Positions 62,501-64,000 of a DNA stretch of 64,000 bases are shown in pieces (the first letter of the stretch is position 1; the number at the start of each line of letters is the position of its first letter). This DNA is from Callorhinchus milii (Eukaryota): assembly GCF_018977255.1 (NCBI RefSeq), contig NW_024704743.1:106332001-106396000 (forward strand). The letters are read 5' to 3'. A program made the translations under genes and the position numbers. The notes under the pieces were generated by a model. It saw only the letters and a list, made by a program, of their open reading frames with translations, had not been told where the DNA came from and did no database searches.

Positions 62501-64000
62501 CTCGATGCTATCCAATAGGTCATTGATGAATACATTGAATTAGGTGCTCGACAATGAACTCGCTGAGCCCATCCTCTTGAAAGCGGGATTAGGCGAGGCT
62601 GCCTTTGCCATATAAGATGATTAGTAAATGTTCAGTTTAACTTCCTTTCAGACTTTCAATTCCTCATTTTAATACTAATTGAAGATCTGTTTCCCTTAAG
62701 TACCCAAGTTTATAGTGACTCTGCTGTGTGACTGAAATTCCAAGAATTGCTAACAAATATGGTAGATTGCAGTTGGGAAACAAAACTGGCATAGGCGGTT
62801 GTGTGGCTGGTATTTTGTTGGGAGTTTTTAAGCCTTTTGTCGGTTGAGAAAGCAAATTGCCAATTCTATGTGTTTTGAAAGGGTTACGTTAATAGAGTGA
62901 GTCGAGACATAGGTGGAATTTTACCCCTCACATCTGTTGTTTTTCACCATTCATTACAATCCTTCAATTCAATTTCCTATTCTCTGCACTTCTTTGTATT
63001 TCTAAATCTTCTTATGTCCTTCGTTGTTCAAACTGCTGCATGTTACTCTGTAACTGCCAATTGGAGAGGTGGGCAGAGGTGACGAGAGATGGTTTTGGCT
63101 TTCTTTCGCATCCCAGGCCCCACCCACCTACACCAAGCCCGATCAAGAACTTGTTATGTTGAGAAAATTAGTTGAACCCATGCCATATTACTGCATGATT
63201 TACTGTATGCTGAGGGCGGAGTTGTTAATCAGCTGACATCTGACCCCAGCATTCGATAATCGTCTATTCAAAAGAATGTACGAAAGTGTAAAGTGATGTG
63301 ACTTGTGTTCTCACTCACATACTTTTCCACTGTTGATGCCAGTTTAAACCAATTCAATCAATGTCTTGAATTCTTAGCAACTCATGAGGAGGGGTGAAAG
63401 AATTCATCCACTGCAAATCATGTAAGTTTCAAAGTACAGTATAAAGTGGTTTGACATTTGCACTGCTTTTAATTCTATAGTTTCCCACAAGTTGGCGAAT
63501 GACTGGATGAAATTGCTTTGCTTGGGGATTGGTGTACTGGTTCCAGCAGTGGGATTGATGTTGACGTGCATCTCCACTCTAAATTTGATTTGGGAGAGTT
63601 TGTCTATATCAGTGACAGTATATTGATGCTAATAATAAAGTGATGAAAAGGCTCCAGGTTTAAAGTAGTAGTGGATTCTAACTCTGCTCTTTGCCTTTGC
63701 TAGCAAGCCTTTCGTTCAGCACTTGTGACTGACTATCCCACAATAAGTTTGAAACAAAAGCTTGTAAGCATTGGCAAAGAGTGTATGTTGAGTCTCCCTG
63801 TCTTTATTCCTGGGGAGTAAAGGGGAGAATAGCAGAAAAAGTCACTTGTGATTGTCAGATGTACCTGCCTCGCAATCACTCCATATCCCAGAGTGGAAAA
63901 GCACTTGAATGGTTGCACAGCCACTGGTGGAAAAAGTACCCATCGCATAAACTGTGTTTACTCCCTAAGCCCAACACGTACATTTGCGAGACCTCGGCTG

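Overview
Vertebrate nuclear DNA. The repeat content (L2 and CR1 LINEs, Deu-type and tRNA-derived SINEs, a Penelope-like fragment) suggests a cartilaginous fish; this is an inference. The window holds one complete protein-coding gene, TGS1 (trimethylguanosine synthase 1 / PIMT), on the + strand. I assembled 13 coding exons by hand from ATG 5627 to TAA 44803-44805. All splice phases agree and give 2679 nt, or 892 aa. Intron 11 (27667-30841) is a minor-spliceosome U12-type AT-AC intron. A CpG island at about 4850-5720 looks like a bidirectional promoter; by human synteny the divergent gene would be TMEM68, but I saw no coding exon for it. A second promoter-like element with a donor site at about 58580-58912 is a candidate non-coding first exon of LYN, again by synteny only. 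Most of the rest is retrotransposon debris, and nearly all other ORFs in the track are LINE fragments or noise. I found no convincing new biological system. The best leads are the U12 intron in an snRNA-cap enzyme, a fold-back SINE hairpin inside that intron, modular SINE/L2 relationships, several inverted-repeat elements and some motif clusters.
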